A stretch of DNA of 63,582 bases, the filler included, from Octopus bimaculoides (Eukaryota): the NCBI RefSeq assembly GCF_001194135.2. It is 3 parts of 2 records of this genome, joined end to end, with 100 filler letters (N's around TTAATTAATTAA, not from the genome) between each part and the next. Parts side by side here need not be neighbours in the genome. Positions count along the whole stretch, not along the records: positions 26,160 to 53,335 come from NC_068985.1; 2 more parts are not named here. The stretch is one strand, 5' to 3'. Both the position numbers and the translations under genes were made by a program. The notes under the pieces are model-generated. The model was not told the origin of the DNA. It saw nothing but the letters and a program-made list of their open reading frames with translations, and made no database searches. How positions within the stretch are numbered: the stretch's first letter is position 1; each line of letters begins with the position of its first letter. Of this stretch, positions 26,198-38,890 are shown in pieces.

Positions 26198-26450
26198 TAA
26201 GATCATAGACTCTGCAATACCATATCATAGTAGAGTGGATATCAGAGAAATTGAGAAATATCAGGACCTAGCCAGAGAGATGAAGAACTTGCAGAAGACA
26301 AAAGTAACATATTATTTTCCAGAGGTAATCAGTGCATTTGAACATCCCAAACTGCTACCTATGAGGTTGAAGAATACTCGAAGTGAGACATGCAGAAAAG
26401 TGCCGTCCTGTACTCTGCAACAATCCTAAGAAAGTTTTTGGGAATTTGTG
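26195..26450 (+). mobile_element. R4/Dong-like LINE 3' fragment
   Basis: REIEKYQDLAREMKNLQKTKVT resembles the EK..KY.DL motif of the RLE domain. Confidence 0.7.
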
Positions 26451-26554
26451 ATGACTTGTCACCAAACCTCAAGATAATATCTCTGCTAACTAAATTAAGA
26501 TGTTCTAATAGATTTAGTGATCAAATGTATGTGCTGTACATTATCTCATTACTT

Positions 26555-27570
26555 CCATCAAATTGATGTTGCCTGAACATCTGCAAGGTGTACAACATAC
26601 CAAGGGTCAAAGTGATTGCAGTGCAGTGTGAGATGAAGTGTTTTGCTCAAGAACACACACCAGCCAGTCCAGGAATTGAATAATAATGGTTTCAAATTCT
26701 GGCACAAGGCCACCGAGTTTGGGGAAAGGGGTAAGTTAATTACATCGATCCTGGTGCTCAACTGGTACTTATTCTATTGACCCTGAAAAGATGGAAGGCT
26801 AAGTCAACCTTGGTGGGATTTAAACTCAGAAAATGAAGATGGATGAAATGCTGCTAAGCATTCTGCCCAGTGGGTTAACAATTCTGCCAGCTTGTCATCT
26901 TGATTAGTTTCAAATTTTAATTCAAGGCTAGCAATTTCAGGAGAGAGGCTAAGCCAATTACATTGACCTCAGTGCGTAACTGGTACTTATTTCATTGACA
27001 CCAACAGGATGAAAAGCCAAGTCGACCTCAGTAGAATTTGAACTCAGAATGTAAGGACCGATGAAATGCTGCTAAACACTTTGCTCGGAATGCTAAAGAT
27101 TCTGCTAGCTCACCACTTTAATAATAATAATAATAATAATAATAATATTAATAATCCTTTCTACTAAAGGCACAAGACATGAAATTTTGGAGGAGGGGAC
27201 TAGTCAATCACATCAACCCCCCAGTGTTTCACTGGTACTTAATTTATTGACCCCGAAAGGCAAAGTCAACCTCAGTGGAGTTTCAACTCAGAACGTAGTG
27301 GCAGACAAAATATCGCCAAGCATTTCACCCAGCATGCTAACAGTTCTGCCAGCTTGCCACCTTAATAATAATAATAATCCTTTCTACTATAGGCACAAGA
27401 TCTGAAATTTTGGGGAAGGGTCTTACATCAATCGCAGTGTTTGACTGACACTTCCTTTATCGACTTCAAAAATAATCCTTTCTACAGCAGAATTTGAACT
27501 CACAATGTAAAGATGAATAAAATGTCACTAAGCATTTTGTCCAATGTACAACAATTTTACCAGCTTGGTG
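26555..27570 (-). mobile_element. Head-to-tail chain: one family C SINE and four family B SINEs (about 26690, 26905, 27153, 27378)
   Basis: Repeated CACAAGG...ACTGGTACTT...GAATTTGAACTCAGAA...TTCTGCCAGCT units, the last junctions carrying (AAT)n. Confidence 0.85.
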
Positions 27571-27727
27571 CAGCAGCAGCAATAATAATAATAATACTAA
27601 TACAGTAATACCTCACTTTACAAGACCCCAGATTTACAAGATTTTACAAGTTTTATTTTCTGTTTATGAGTTTTTGGTTTATGAGCGTTCTCTAGGGACA
27701 AATTAACTCGTATATTGAGGAATTACT

Positions 27728-27778
<51 letters not shown>

Positions 27779-27779
27779 A

Positions 27780-28090
27780 TTGCACTGGCACATATGCAGT
27801 CACTATATCCCACACCCTAAGAACTGGTATGAACACCATGCAGAGCCAGTCACTGAGAGAGATAATGTTACCATCCTATGGGAGTATGGGATACATAGAC
27901 AGGCAAATAAATGATAACAGACCAGACATCATCATCAAAGACCCAAGACAAAAAACATGCACATTAATTGATCTGACAGTGCTTTCTGATAGAAGCATCT
28001 CTGCAAAGGAATTAGAAAAACTTGAAATATAAGGACTTTGAGACTGAGATATCTAGTTGTGGCAATTAAAAACCAAAACCATCAACAATC
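27780..28090 (+). mobile_element. R4/Dong-like LINE RLE-domain fragment
   Basis: KNWYEHHAEPVTERDNVTILWEY, DRQINDNRPDIIIKDPRQKTCTLIDLTVLSDRSISAKELEKL (PD..D..EK), preceded by (AGT)n. Confidence 0.85.
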
Positions 28091-28766
28091 CACATTCTCA
28101 GGAAGCCTTAGGTCTCTGTTTGAGACCTAGTCAGGAGATGAAAATAAATGCAAATCAATCGGATAATAATAATTGTTCCTAATATAGACACAAGGCTGGG
28201 GTGTAACATATTACTGTAATAGTATATATCTTCATAATATTCTATGCATATTCCAAACAAGAGCTATGCTACCTAACATGCTTATTACTAACGTATTCAA
28301 TAAATGTTCCTAAAAATACTTGCCTTATATCACATTTACAATAAATATTATTTTCACAGATGTGCCCTATGGCAGATACAAACACATCATATAAGCAATA
28401 AACAGATATTTCATACATATTTCCAATGACTGGTATTTGTTGTGTATGTATATCCTGATTTTAAAATGAATACACCACTTTCCAATGTGTTGTAAGAGGT
28501 GATGAAAAGAGCTTCCAGTTATACAACACTGTCTCAGGAAAACAATCTGACTCAGTGCTAGCATGGAAAAACCTGATGTGAAAAAAATGCTACTGGTGAC
28601 AAATTTCCACTGACAGGTATGTCACACTGTATTAGCTATAAGCAAATATTCTACAGGTATTGTTACTAAGTGGTTTGATATATAACAGTGTATGTTATTT
28701 CGCATCTATTCTACAAATATCCCGGAACTATTATCAATGATGATGATGATGATGATGGTGGTAGTG

Positions 28767-28797
<31 letters not shown>

Positions 28798-28914
28798 CAG
28801 TAGCAGTAGCAGTAGCCTGTAGTCCAAAAGGAAAATGGTTCTGCAATTTCTTGTTGAACAACTTAAATGATTTGTTTTTAATGACCAAATGTTTCTGTTG
28901 TACATTATTTCCCT

Positions 28915-29365
28915 CCCTCCATCAAATTGATGTTGCCTGAACAGCTGCAAGGTGCACTATACATCAGGTGTCAAAGTGATTACAGAGCAGTGTGAAATGA
29001 AGTGTTTGGTTCAAGAACACAACATACCACCCAGTCCAGGGACTTAAACCACAATTTCGCTATCATGAGCACATCACCTTTATCACTAGGCCACACATAC
29101 AGTTAACAAAAGGCAAATATTTCACAAGTATTCCAATGACAGGTTCTAATCATATTGGCTTCAGATTTAGGCACAAGGCTGTAATTTCGGGAGATGGGGC
29201 CAGTCAATTACATTAACCCCAGTGCTCAACTAGTATTGATTTTATTGGGTTCAAAAGGATGAAAAGCAAAGTCAACCTTGGTGGAATTTGAACTCAGAAT
29301 GTGAAGATGGACAAAATACCACTGAACATTTTATCTGGCATGCTAATGATTGTCAGCTCATCACT
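28915..29365 (-). mobile_element. SINE family C (28915-29095) and family B (29160-29365)
   Basis: CCATCAAATTGATGTTGCCTGAACA... shared with 26555; family B body GCAAAGTCAACCTTGGTGGAATTTGAACTCAGAA. Confidence 0.75.
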
Positions 29366-29381
29366 CTGGGCTCTTGTTATA

Positions 29382-29607
29382 TTAACAGCCCTTCAGCTTT
29401 CAGATTACTCTGTCCAGTGTAATGCTTATTTATTCATGCCATTTTGAATGAATCATGCTTCATTTCATAGCTTCAAGATTGATCATGTGATCGTCTATTA
29501 TTAAAATAACATTGTAGAGTAGGTGTGAGAAGTTGGATCCGGACAGCTTGAACATAAATAGGTAGAATTTTGGACTAGATATGCTGGCTAAAATACTAGA
29601 GGGTTAA
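29382..29607. mobile_element. TTAA-flanked MITE (piggyBac-like ends)
   Basis: TTAACAGCCCTTCAGC... and ...CTAGAGGGTTAA; TTAA at both ends. Confidence 0.6.
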
Positions 29608-31354
29608 TGAAAGTTATTACATGTTACACGAGTATTCACTAAGAGGTCATTATATATCACAATAGTGATAACTAGCTCTTCTAAAAATATTTCCATTGAG
29701 AGATGCTGCATAATATGCATTACCACAAACTTATGGCTATAATTTCTATCATAGTTATTGTTTATCACATTATCAAGAAACAAGTGTTCCACAAATAATC
29801 ATAAAGAAATATGTTCCACATCACAGAGATAAACAAGTACTGAATGAGTATTTTCCAAAGAGGGACATGGCATATGTGTGTGCACACATATGACATCATA
29901 AGAATTTTTAAACTTTAGACAGAATGTGAAATAATTTTTTATTTATTTTTTTGGAATTGGATGACAAAGCATACATGAATCTATAAATAATAGCTTGTAA
30001 ATATTGGGTTTAAATGCCCCTTCTGATAGAAAAAGTTGAAGGTTGCCCATGGGAGACTGGTAGCCTTTCAATTTTTTCTATTTTCAACCCAATATTTACA
30101 TGCTATTAATTATAGCTTTATATGTGTTTTGACATTCAGTTCCCCAAAAGAATTTTGCATGTGTGTGTTTATATATATATATCTATATGTATGTGTATGT
30201 ATTTATATACATACATATATCCATAGATATATATGTGTGTATGTGTATATCATAATACTGGGATCACATGTCACATTGAAAGATATTGCATAGACTTCAC
30301 AAATATTTTCATTTATGTATTTTCATAACATAAGTATATATTATCATTTATAGTTCATAATATATATCTGACACCAAGTTATATATATATCACACATTGA
30401 CAAAGTTGATTCACATTTCCCAATGAGAGATATTGCATTCATTTCACAAATATTTTCAATTAATAAGAATTTTAGATATATCATAATATCAGTATGTATT
30501 ATCACATATATTCCAAAACATTTCTCATTATAGGGACAATATACATATCATTGGTGAGGAGCAGTACATGACATTATTGCAACATATTAAATAAATTCCT
30601 CAAATATTTTCAATTAAGAAATATTATACACCATACTATAAGTTTGTGTTATACATATTCCATTAGTATTTCCAATGACAGGTTATATATAATATAATAA
30701 TAATAATCAAGTGCTGATTATCAGAAATATTCAGTAACTTTTTCCAGTGCTTTGTATCAAATATCAAATTGCAAATAAGTATTCCAAAAGGCATTTAAAT
30801 ATACATTATATCAGGAAAGGTATGTATTATCATAACTATCCAACAATGTTTCCTACAGCAGGTGTTGCGTATTCCATCAATATTAAACAAATATTCCAAA
30901 AGTGGTTCCAGTGACAGACTGTTATTGTATGTATTCCACAGATATTTCCAATGAGATTGATGTATCGTGTCAAATCAATGACAGGCAGGTACTCCACAAT
31001 GTGTTTCCAACAAAGAAAAGTGTATCACATTAGAGAGTATGAGTTACCACTAATATTTCCAGAGGCGTGGCATCCAATGTATTCCACAAGTATTTCCAAT
31101 GAGAGCTTATACATGTATGTGTGTGTGTATACACATACACACACACACATAGAGATGGTTGAACAAGTGTCATAAGACAAAAAGACTTAAATTGATGTAA
31201 ATCAGACAGAAAGTAAATGTATTTCCTTCATATGTAGTTGTTGAGATCAGGTGGAGTCCAGTGATAGTAACATAAATTAGATCCAATCCAGTATGAATTT
31301 TCACTGTAGGTGAAACTTAGAGTAATAGCTTTTAAATTACTCCAAACTGTAATT

Positions 31355-31405
<51 letters not shown>

Positions 31406-32504
31406 CATGAGTATTTTCACAAGTATTTCCAATGGCAGGTATAATAACATATCAGAAGATATATATCACAAATACTCCAAAATTTATTTCCAATGACAGA
31501 TATTGCATATCACATTAGATATTGCATATCCTGAATAATGCATAAATATTTCCAATTGTGAACATTTCATATTCCAGATTGTTATTAAAGTTATCAGATG
31601 CTGCAAATGTTCCATAGATATTTCCAAGAGATATATATGCTATCACATGTAATCCAAATGACATTTAAATATAATATTATATGTATTTCACATCATATAC
31701 ATTATATTTCTTTTATATTTTAATTTATGGAACACATCTGTTGCCATGGGTACCAAAATTCTGTAACTGACAGTATCTCAAATAATTAGTCTCGTCTTCT
31801 CTATGAAGACATAAAGCCACAGAAATTCAGGGATGTTTTATGCAGATATAAATGTTTACATATATACATAATCATACAGAAAAAATAAACAACAAATAAT
31901 GAGAATCATTTCTCACATAAAATCAAACATTTTGAAGCAAACAAGGATCAACAACTTTTTTTCTTTGTAATGGCCCTCACCTTTGAATATTTTTTTTTTT
32001 TTTGTAATGGTCTATATTTTAAGCTTTTTTTGGTTTTTGTTTAGATTTGACCATGGATCACATATCACCTCATATCCTACATATAAAAATATCTGTTATG
32101 TATCTCCCACCAGCATTTCAATCACTGGCAATGCTTATGAAAGCAAAACTTCTAGAAATCATGATACAGAAAAACTGTCTAAAAGCCATTAACAGCTTAA
32201 TGGCCCACAAATACATTAAACCTGAAAATTTTTTAGTGAAGTTCAGAAACCCAAAGAGAACAAACACCTAAATGACCCACTAATGGGTCACAATCTGTCT
32301 GTTACAAAGCTCCACCTTAAAAGAAGAGTACAGGTGTGATCCTGTCACTCAGAGTGTAAAGAGATGTAAATTAACATTGCATCCTGTTTTTAACCATCTG
32401 CCCTACTAATTTGTCTGTCTTTCTATGTCATATAACTGTTTCTAGCATAGAAAATCTGATATTTGGAAGAGAGGGTATAAATTGACAGCATCAACCTAAG
32501 GTTT

Positions 32505-32870
32505 TGACTAGTACTGCATTTTATCACCTTGAAAGGCTGAAAGGTAAAGCTGGCATCTGCAGATTTTGGACTCAGAATATAAAGAGCTGGGACAAATGTT
32601 GCAAGGCATTTTCCAATGCCATAATGATCCTACAACTCCATTACCTTAATAATGATTTCAAATTTTGGCACAAGGCCATCAATTTCGAGTAAGGGGATAA
32701 GTCAGTTACATCAACCACAGTGCTCAATTGGTATGTATTTTTATTATCTCTGAAAGGACGAAAGGCAAAGTGGACCTCAGCAGAATTTGAACTCAGAACA
32801 TGAAGACAGATGAAATGCTGTTAAGCATTTCGCCCGGTATGCTAATGATTCTGCAAACTCACTGCCTTCC
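32505..32870 (-). mobile_element. Two family B SINE copies
   Basis: GAAAGGCAAAGTGGACCTCAGCAGAATTTGAACTCAGAAC...GCTAATGATTCTGC. Confidence 0.8.
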
Positions 32871-33684
32871 ACAACCTTAATAATAATAATAATGATGTTA
32901 TAAAAGTAACAATGATATCATAAAAATTATAAAAGTAGTACGAAATAATAACAACAATAATTATTTCTAATATAGGTACTAAATCATAAAATTGAGAGAA
33001 GAGACTAGTTGATTATATCAACCCCTATACCTGATTGGTATTTTATTTAATTGACCCTTAAAGGATAGAAGACAATGTTGATTTTGATGGGATATGAAGA
33101 ACCAGAATAAATACCACAAGGAATTTGTTTGATGTATTGATCCTGTCAATTCACAGAGCAATGGATGAAGAGACATTCTAAGGAAAAATATGAAAATCTT
33201 CAAGGTTTTCACAGAATTTATTATGAAAAGAAAACAAAAACACATGAAGAACAGTTTACAAAAGGAATAAAATGACAGATCCCAATAGAGCCACCTGAAA
33301 TCAATCAAGAACCCCAGAGTTCCAGAATTACTCTGATTATCAAAGACAAGTACTCTCTCCCAGCTGTGTTCTCTAGATTATAGGGCACACAACATACATT
33401 GAGAGTAGCCTATTCATTTCGGGCCAGTCACCACATAGACTTACATTTCAACAAATTTATTTGAAGGAATACCACCACTCCATTCTCTCCTCTCACCTCT
33501 CTCTTTCCCCTCTGCTTTCATCTTCAATAATAATTCCTATGTCAGCTGGAAACAATATCTTAAATTTTAAGAGATACAAACAAATTTATGGTGTTGTAGA
33601 AATACAGTTATATCATTGCAGGCTATTAATCACACATTTAAAGTACATATTTTACATTTATTTATACCTATACTGAGTGAAGGC

Positions 33685-33880
33685 ATGTGACTTAGTGGTT
33701 AGGGTATTTGACTCATGATCATAAGGTTTAAAGTTCAATTACCGGCAAGGTTATGCCCTAGAACAAGACACTTTATTTCACATTGCTCCAGTCCATTCAG
33801 TTGGCAAAAATGAGTAGTACCTGTATTTGAAAGGGTCAGCCTTGTCACAGTGTGTGTCACACTGAATCTCCCTGAAGTGA
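33685..33880 (+). mobile_element. SINE family C
   Basis: TGTGACTTAGTGGTTAGGG (A-box-like), AGTTCAATTACC (B-box-like), CAGCCTTGTCACAG...CTGAATCTCCCTGA. Confidence 0.7.
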
Positions 33881-34194
33881 CAGGGTGCCATCATACTTAT
33901 ACTATATACTATATCTAAATTGGCTCAGCCTTGTAAATGTAATTGTTGGTGCCCTCAGGTGTCCAAGCTGTTGTAAACATTCAAGGTAGGCCTTTATTTC
34001 AAGGATACCTTCTTCTTATCAGTCTCAGATGCCCTAAAAATGGTCTTGGGCACTGTCTTTCCTTCTGACTAAGCAATTAAAAACACAAATTGGGTTCTGG
34101 GCCCCAGAACAAACAGAACTTATTTATATTGAAAATATAAAGTTAAGATGATGAAAATTCAAGGAAACATACTTAAAATATAATTGTCATCATT

Positions 34195-34480
34195 GTTTAA
34201 CATCCTCCTTCCATGCTGGCATGGGTTGGACAACTTGACAGGAGCTGGCCAAGCAGGAGCTGGCCAAGCAGGAGCTTGCACCGTGCTTCTGTGTTTGTTT
34301 TGACATAATATGGGTTTCAAATTTTGGCACAAAGCCAGCGGTTATGAGGGAGGGGTAAGTTGATTACATTGATCCCAGTACTCTACTGGTACTTATTTCA
34401 TTGACCCCCCCACCCAACAAGAGATGAGTTCAAATTCCACCAATCTTGGTGGAATTCGAACTCAGAATGTAAAGACAGAC
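34195..34480 (-). mobile_element. Family D fragment (34195-34300) plus family B SINE (34312-34480)
   Basis: CCATGCTGGCATGGGTTGGAC; TTCAAATTTTGGCACAAAGCC...GAATTCGAACTCAGAATGTAAAGAC. Confidence 0.75.
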
Positions 34481-35539
34481 AAAACTTAAAATATATTACA
34501 GACCCTTCTAACCTACACAAACTTTGGATAATCAACACAAATACTATTAAAAAAAAAAGAAAGAGAAAAGAAAATGCAAAAGTGAACATATCAAGACAGC
34601 AACAGTGATAATGATAACTGCGATGACAGTGAGGGTGGGGTGTGTTTGGTGGTTGTGGTTATCATAGTGATGGTGGTGGTGGTGGTGATGATAGACGATA
34701 GGTTAGGGATGGGTTTTTTTTTATTATCAAACTGATTAATCACAACTGAAGTCAATACAGTGTGTGTGTACGCAGATATGCACTACAAAAGTACCAATGC
34801 ACACAAGTGAATACATGTATAGACATATGAACACATGCACATACATATTTTGTTAGTGTATGTGATTCTCCATTAGAAAAAATAAGAAAAGAACTCAAAA
34901 TCCTTGATTATCTAACGCAGTATTAATAATATGACATCAGATTTGCTGAATTCTTATCTAAATAAGTCCATAATAATGTCTAATTATGTATGGGTGACAA
35001 AAAAGATCAATGCAATGAAAATCCTTGAAATAAATACATTGAAGAATTTAGCTTCTTCTGGCTATTTTCCAAAGTCAAATCTCATTACTCTCCCCCGACT
35101 ACCACCATCCCACTTCATTTGAGGGCTTGATAGAATTGGTACCAGTGCTACTGTAGGGAGGAGGAGTATTTGTGTATGCATGTGAAGAAAATGGTGGAGT
35201 GATACATATATTGTAAACCAGTTACATATTGTATACTACTTTATTAAGTAATGATTCTCTCATTACTACTTCTACAAGTAAGGTTAAGTCTAAGATTTGA
35301 TGAGGGCTAATAAGGCTGGAACATATCTGGAGTTGTCTCCTATATCTGCTGGAATTAAAGCTATTTATTTCAAACAATCCATTCATTTCCAACATACTGT
35401 ATTTAGTCGTGTATAATGTTAAAAATTCATTAGAGATCATCGAAATCAAAATGATGGGGTGAAGGTTAAAACATAAAATATATTACTGATTTTTAAGGAG
35501 TAAGTTGGGGTTGCATTATACTGAAGACTGGCCATGTGA

Positions 35540-35660
35540 AATACTATCTTCCTTGGAAATAACGGAGGGTTGGGGACAGGAAGAGCATTAGGTTGGAGAA
35601 AATCTGCCTCAACAAACTCTGCCTGACCCATGCAAGTGGGTTAAATGATGATGATGATAT
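35540..35660 (+). mobile_element. (GAT)n-tailed family D 3' end
   Basis: AGAAAATCTGCCTCAACAAACTCTGCCTGACCCATGCAAG...TTAAATGATGATGATGAT. Confidence 0.7.
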
Positions 35661-36103
35661 ACATCTATATATAAACTGACATATGAGCCTGTATGCCTCA
35701 GCCCATGGTGACTAAAACTAATGTTTGTGTGTGTGTGTGTGTGTGCGTGTGCATGCGTAAGATTATCAGTGACTTCCAACCAATGTCAAAATTTAAAAGT
35801 ATCTGACCTGACACTTGTAGTGGATACTTCTTACAGTTAGTGTTAACCCTTTGCCTGTCCCTTGCATCACATGATACACAAGACACACATTCTTGGTGTC
35901 CATGCATTTTATATGATGCACATTCTTTTTTTTCCCTCAGCCACCAGAGTAGCCTAAGACTTATGGAAAGAAAACATTTTATTAATCAGATGAATAAACA
36001 AAAGTCTGAAAACAAGCATGGATGTTTAAGAGAAACATTTGAAAATGCTTTGGACAGGCAAAGGGTTACTGAGTTTTTATGCTTATAAAAACCTCTTTTA
36101 AAT

Positions 36104-36160
<57 letters not shown>

Positions 36161-36858
36161 NNNNNNNNNNNNNNNNNNNNNNNNNNNNNNNNNNNNNNNN
36201 NNNNNNNNNNNNNNNNNNNNNNNNNNNNNNNNNNNNNNNNNNNNNNNNNNNNNNNNNNNNNNNNNNNNNNNNNNNNNNNNNNNNNNNNNNNNNNNNNNNN
36301 NNNNNNNNNNNNNNNNNNNNNNNNNNNNNNNNNNNNNNNNNNNNNNNNNNNNNNNNNNNNNNNNNNNNNNNNNNNNNNNNNNNNNNNNNNNNNNNNNNNN
36401 NNNNNNNNNNNNNNNNNNNNNNNNNNNNNNNNNNNNNNNNNNNNNNNNNNNNNNNNNNNNNNNNNNNNNNNNNNNNNNNNNNNNNNNNNNNNNNNNNNNN
36501 NNNNNNNNNNNNNNNNNNNNNNNNNNNNNNNNNNNNNNNNNNNNNNNNNNNNNNNNNNNNNNNNNNNNNNNNNNNNNNNNNNNNNNNNNNNNNNNAGGGG
36601 GAGAGAAAGAGAGAGGGGGAGAGAAAGAGAGAGGGGAGGGGAGAGAGAGAAAGAGAGAGGGGGAGTGGAGAGATGAGAGAGCAAGAGTGATAAAGTTTGC
36701 CTGTGTGTGCATAGTTAGCAAGAAGAATCATTTATAATTTAACCCCAGGCAATAGTTCGACTTCTTTCTATAGTTTGCTTGATTAAACAGGTTCCATTCT
36801 CACCTTTCACAATTTATGAATGGTCTGCAGTAGGACAAGATGGTAGTATAACTATTCA

Positions 36859-37215
36859 TCATCATCATCATCATCATCGTCGTTTAACGTCCACTTTCCA
36901 TGCTAGCATAGGTTGGACGATTTGACTGAGGACTGGTGGACCAGGTGGTTACACCAGGCTCCAATCTGATTTGGCAGAGTTTCTACAGCTGGATGCCCTT
37001 CCTAACGCCAACCACTCCGAGAGTGTAGTCGGTGTTTTGCGTGCCACCGGCACGAGGGCCAGTCAGGCGGTACTGGCGACGACCACGCTCGAAATGGTGT
37101 ATTTTACGTGCCACCTGCACAGGAGCCAATCCATCGGCACTGGCAATGACCTCGCTCAAATGTCTTTTCACGTGCCAGGGAGGCGACGTTGGTAACAATT
37201 AATGGCCACGCTCGA
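36859..37215 (-). mobile_element. (GAT)n-tailed family D element (RTE-like 3' end), young copy
   Basis: (CAT)n then CGTTTAACGTCCACTTTCCATGCTAGCATAGGTTGGACG...GGATGCCCTTCCTAACGCCAACCAC; CpGs retained. Confidence 0.85.
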
Positions 37216-37284
37216 AACAATTTCTCCAGTACAATAGATGTGAAACTGTAAAATATAAAAATATTTATGTGAAATGATTTATAG

Positions 37285-38030
37285 GTGCAGGCATGGTTGT
37301 GTGTGTCACACTGCATGGAACCTTGAGCAAGTATCTTCTACTGTAACCTTGAGAGTGGATTTAGTAGACAGAAACTGAAAGAAGCTCATCGTGCGTGCGT
37401 GTGTGTGTGTGTCTGTGTGTGTGTCTGTCTGTCATGGTTTGTCCCCCACCACTACTTGACAACCAGACCGACAGAATAAGTACCAGGCTTAAAAAAATAA
37501 GTACTGGGATTGGGGTTGATTCGTTCAGCTATAAATCTTTAGGGCAGTGCTCTAGCATGGCTGCAGTCTAATGACTGAAACAAGTAAAAGATACAAGATA
37601 AAACGTTTTATCTTGTAACTTTTACTAATACATCTGTAATCAAACATTACTCCTCTGCAGTATGTAAGTTGAGCTTCAAGGATACCAGATCAAAACTAAA
37701 AGACTTCCTTCAGTTATGAATGACCATGGGATTGCACCTAGAAAGTTCCCCTCCAAGGCAAAAGTCCAAGCAAGGTTGTTTATGGAAGACCAGCAGCTGC
37801 CAATGCATACAAGCCTCCCCTCTCCATGCCACTGACGTTACCCAAGGGAAAGGCAAAGGTCAATACCACTTGGCACTAGTGATGATGCAACTCATTTCTA
37901 CAACTAATGAACTGGGGCAATGTGAAATAAAATGTTTTGCTCAAGAACAGAACACACAGCCCAGTCCGGGAATTGAACTCACTACCTCATGATTGTGAAC
38001 CCAAAGCTCTGACCACTGAGCCATGCACTC
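37285..38030. mobile_element. SINE family A (+, 37285-37600) and family C (-, 37690-38030)
   Basis: Family A body GTGGATTTAGTAGACAGAAACTGAAAGAAGC; family C head GGGAATTGAACTCACTACC...GACCACTGAGCCATGC. Confidence 0.8.
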
Positions 38031-38639
38031 TGTATGTAAGTGTATGAATGGAAGAAGTACTATGTAATGTATTAGTCTGGTTGCTTCAGCGTTTTTAACC
38101 TACTCAGCATGTCAGAATTCTTCTCTCCTCACAGTACATATGCAAACTTATCTTAGATCTGAAGTATGATTGAGTCAATGGCTTGAACAATTTAAGGTTG
38201 TATTCAGTTCATTAATATTATTTATCAATTGGTTAGCTATTTAAACCAACTAATTGATTGTTTGATTAATCATTCAGTTAATCAATCAGTTTGTTAAATG
38301 TCATTTAATAAAGTGAAATAGAACCAGTGTGTTTATTATTGGCGTTATGACCATCCTGACATAAAACAAAATCTTTTTTCAGCACAGGTTCACATCAAGA
38401 ATCTTGCAAACCGAATATTAAAAAAGAAAAAAATTAAGATTGCTCTCAAAGCAAACAGTAGGGACATCATTCAAATATCTCAAAGGACAATGTTTTAACA
38501 AAGACTTTGGTTAATTTAATTCTTTTTTAAGACTAAATTACATATGCTAAATGTTTTCTTTAATTGATATTCATGAAAATTTCGGATTTAAGTATTAAAA
38601 GGGGGGGGGCAGATTCTAATTTAGGAAATGTTTGTGTAC

Positions 38640-38890
38640 ATGTTTAGTGTTGGTGGCGGTGGTGGTGGTGGTGGTGGTAGCAGCAGCAGGGATGGAGAAA
38701 AGGAGGGGAAGGAAAGGAAGAAGGGGAGGAGAAAGAGGATGAGAAAAGGAGGAAAGAGAAAAGAGAAGAGGGAGGGGAAGGAAGAGGGGAAAGGAAGGGA
38801 AAAGGAAGAGAGGAAATGGAGGAGACGAAGGGGAGGGGAAGAGGAGGGAGAAGGATAGGAGGGGTGAGGAAGGGGAGAGGAAGGAGGAGG
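38640..38890. repeat. Purine-rich (GGT)n/(GGA,GAA)n low-complexity tract
   Basis: About 200 bp nearly pure purine on + strand. Confidence 0.9.

Larger units (their letters stand above)
28200..31700. repeat. Highly degenerate tandem/minisatellite array with core TATTCCACAARTATTTCCAATGASAG, interrupted by SINEs and a MITE
   Basis: TTTCCAATGA-like core at about 28422, 28604, 29130, 29690, 30416, 30668, 30944, 31093, 31425, 31487. Confidence 0.65.

Noticed and set aside
33300-33450. Possible I/Jockey-like LINE 3' relic (STLSQL-like string)
   Set aside because: Too degenerate to support from translation alone
38388-38457. Possible exon after CTTTTTTCAGCACAG
   Set aside because: Weak donor, A-rich low-complexity peptide, no homology
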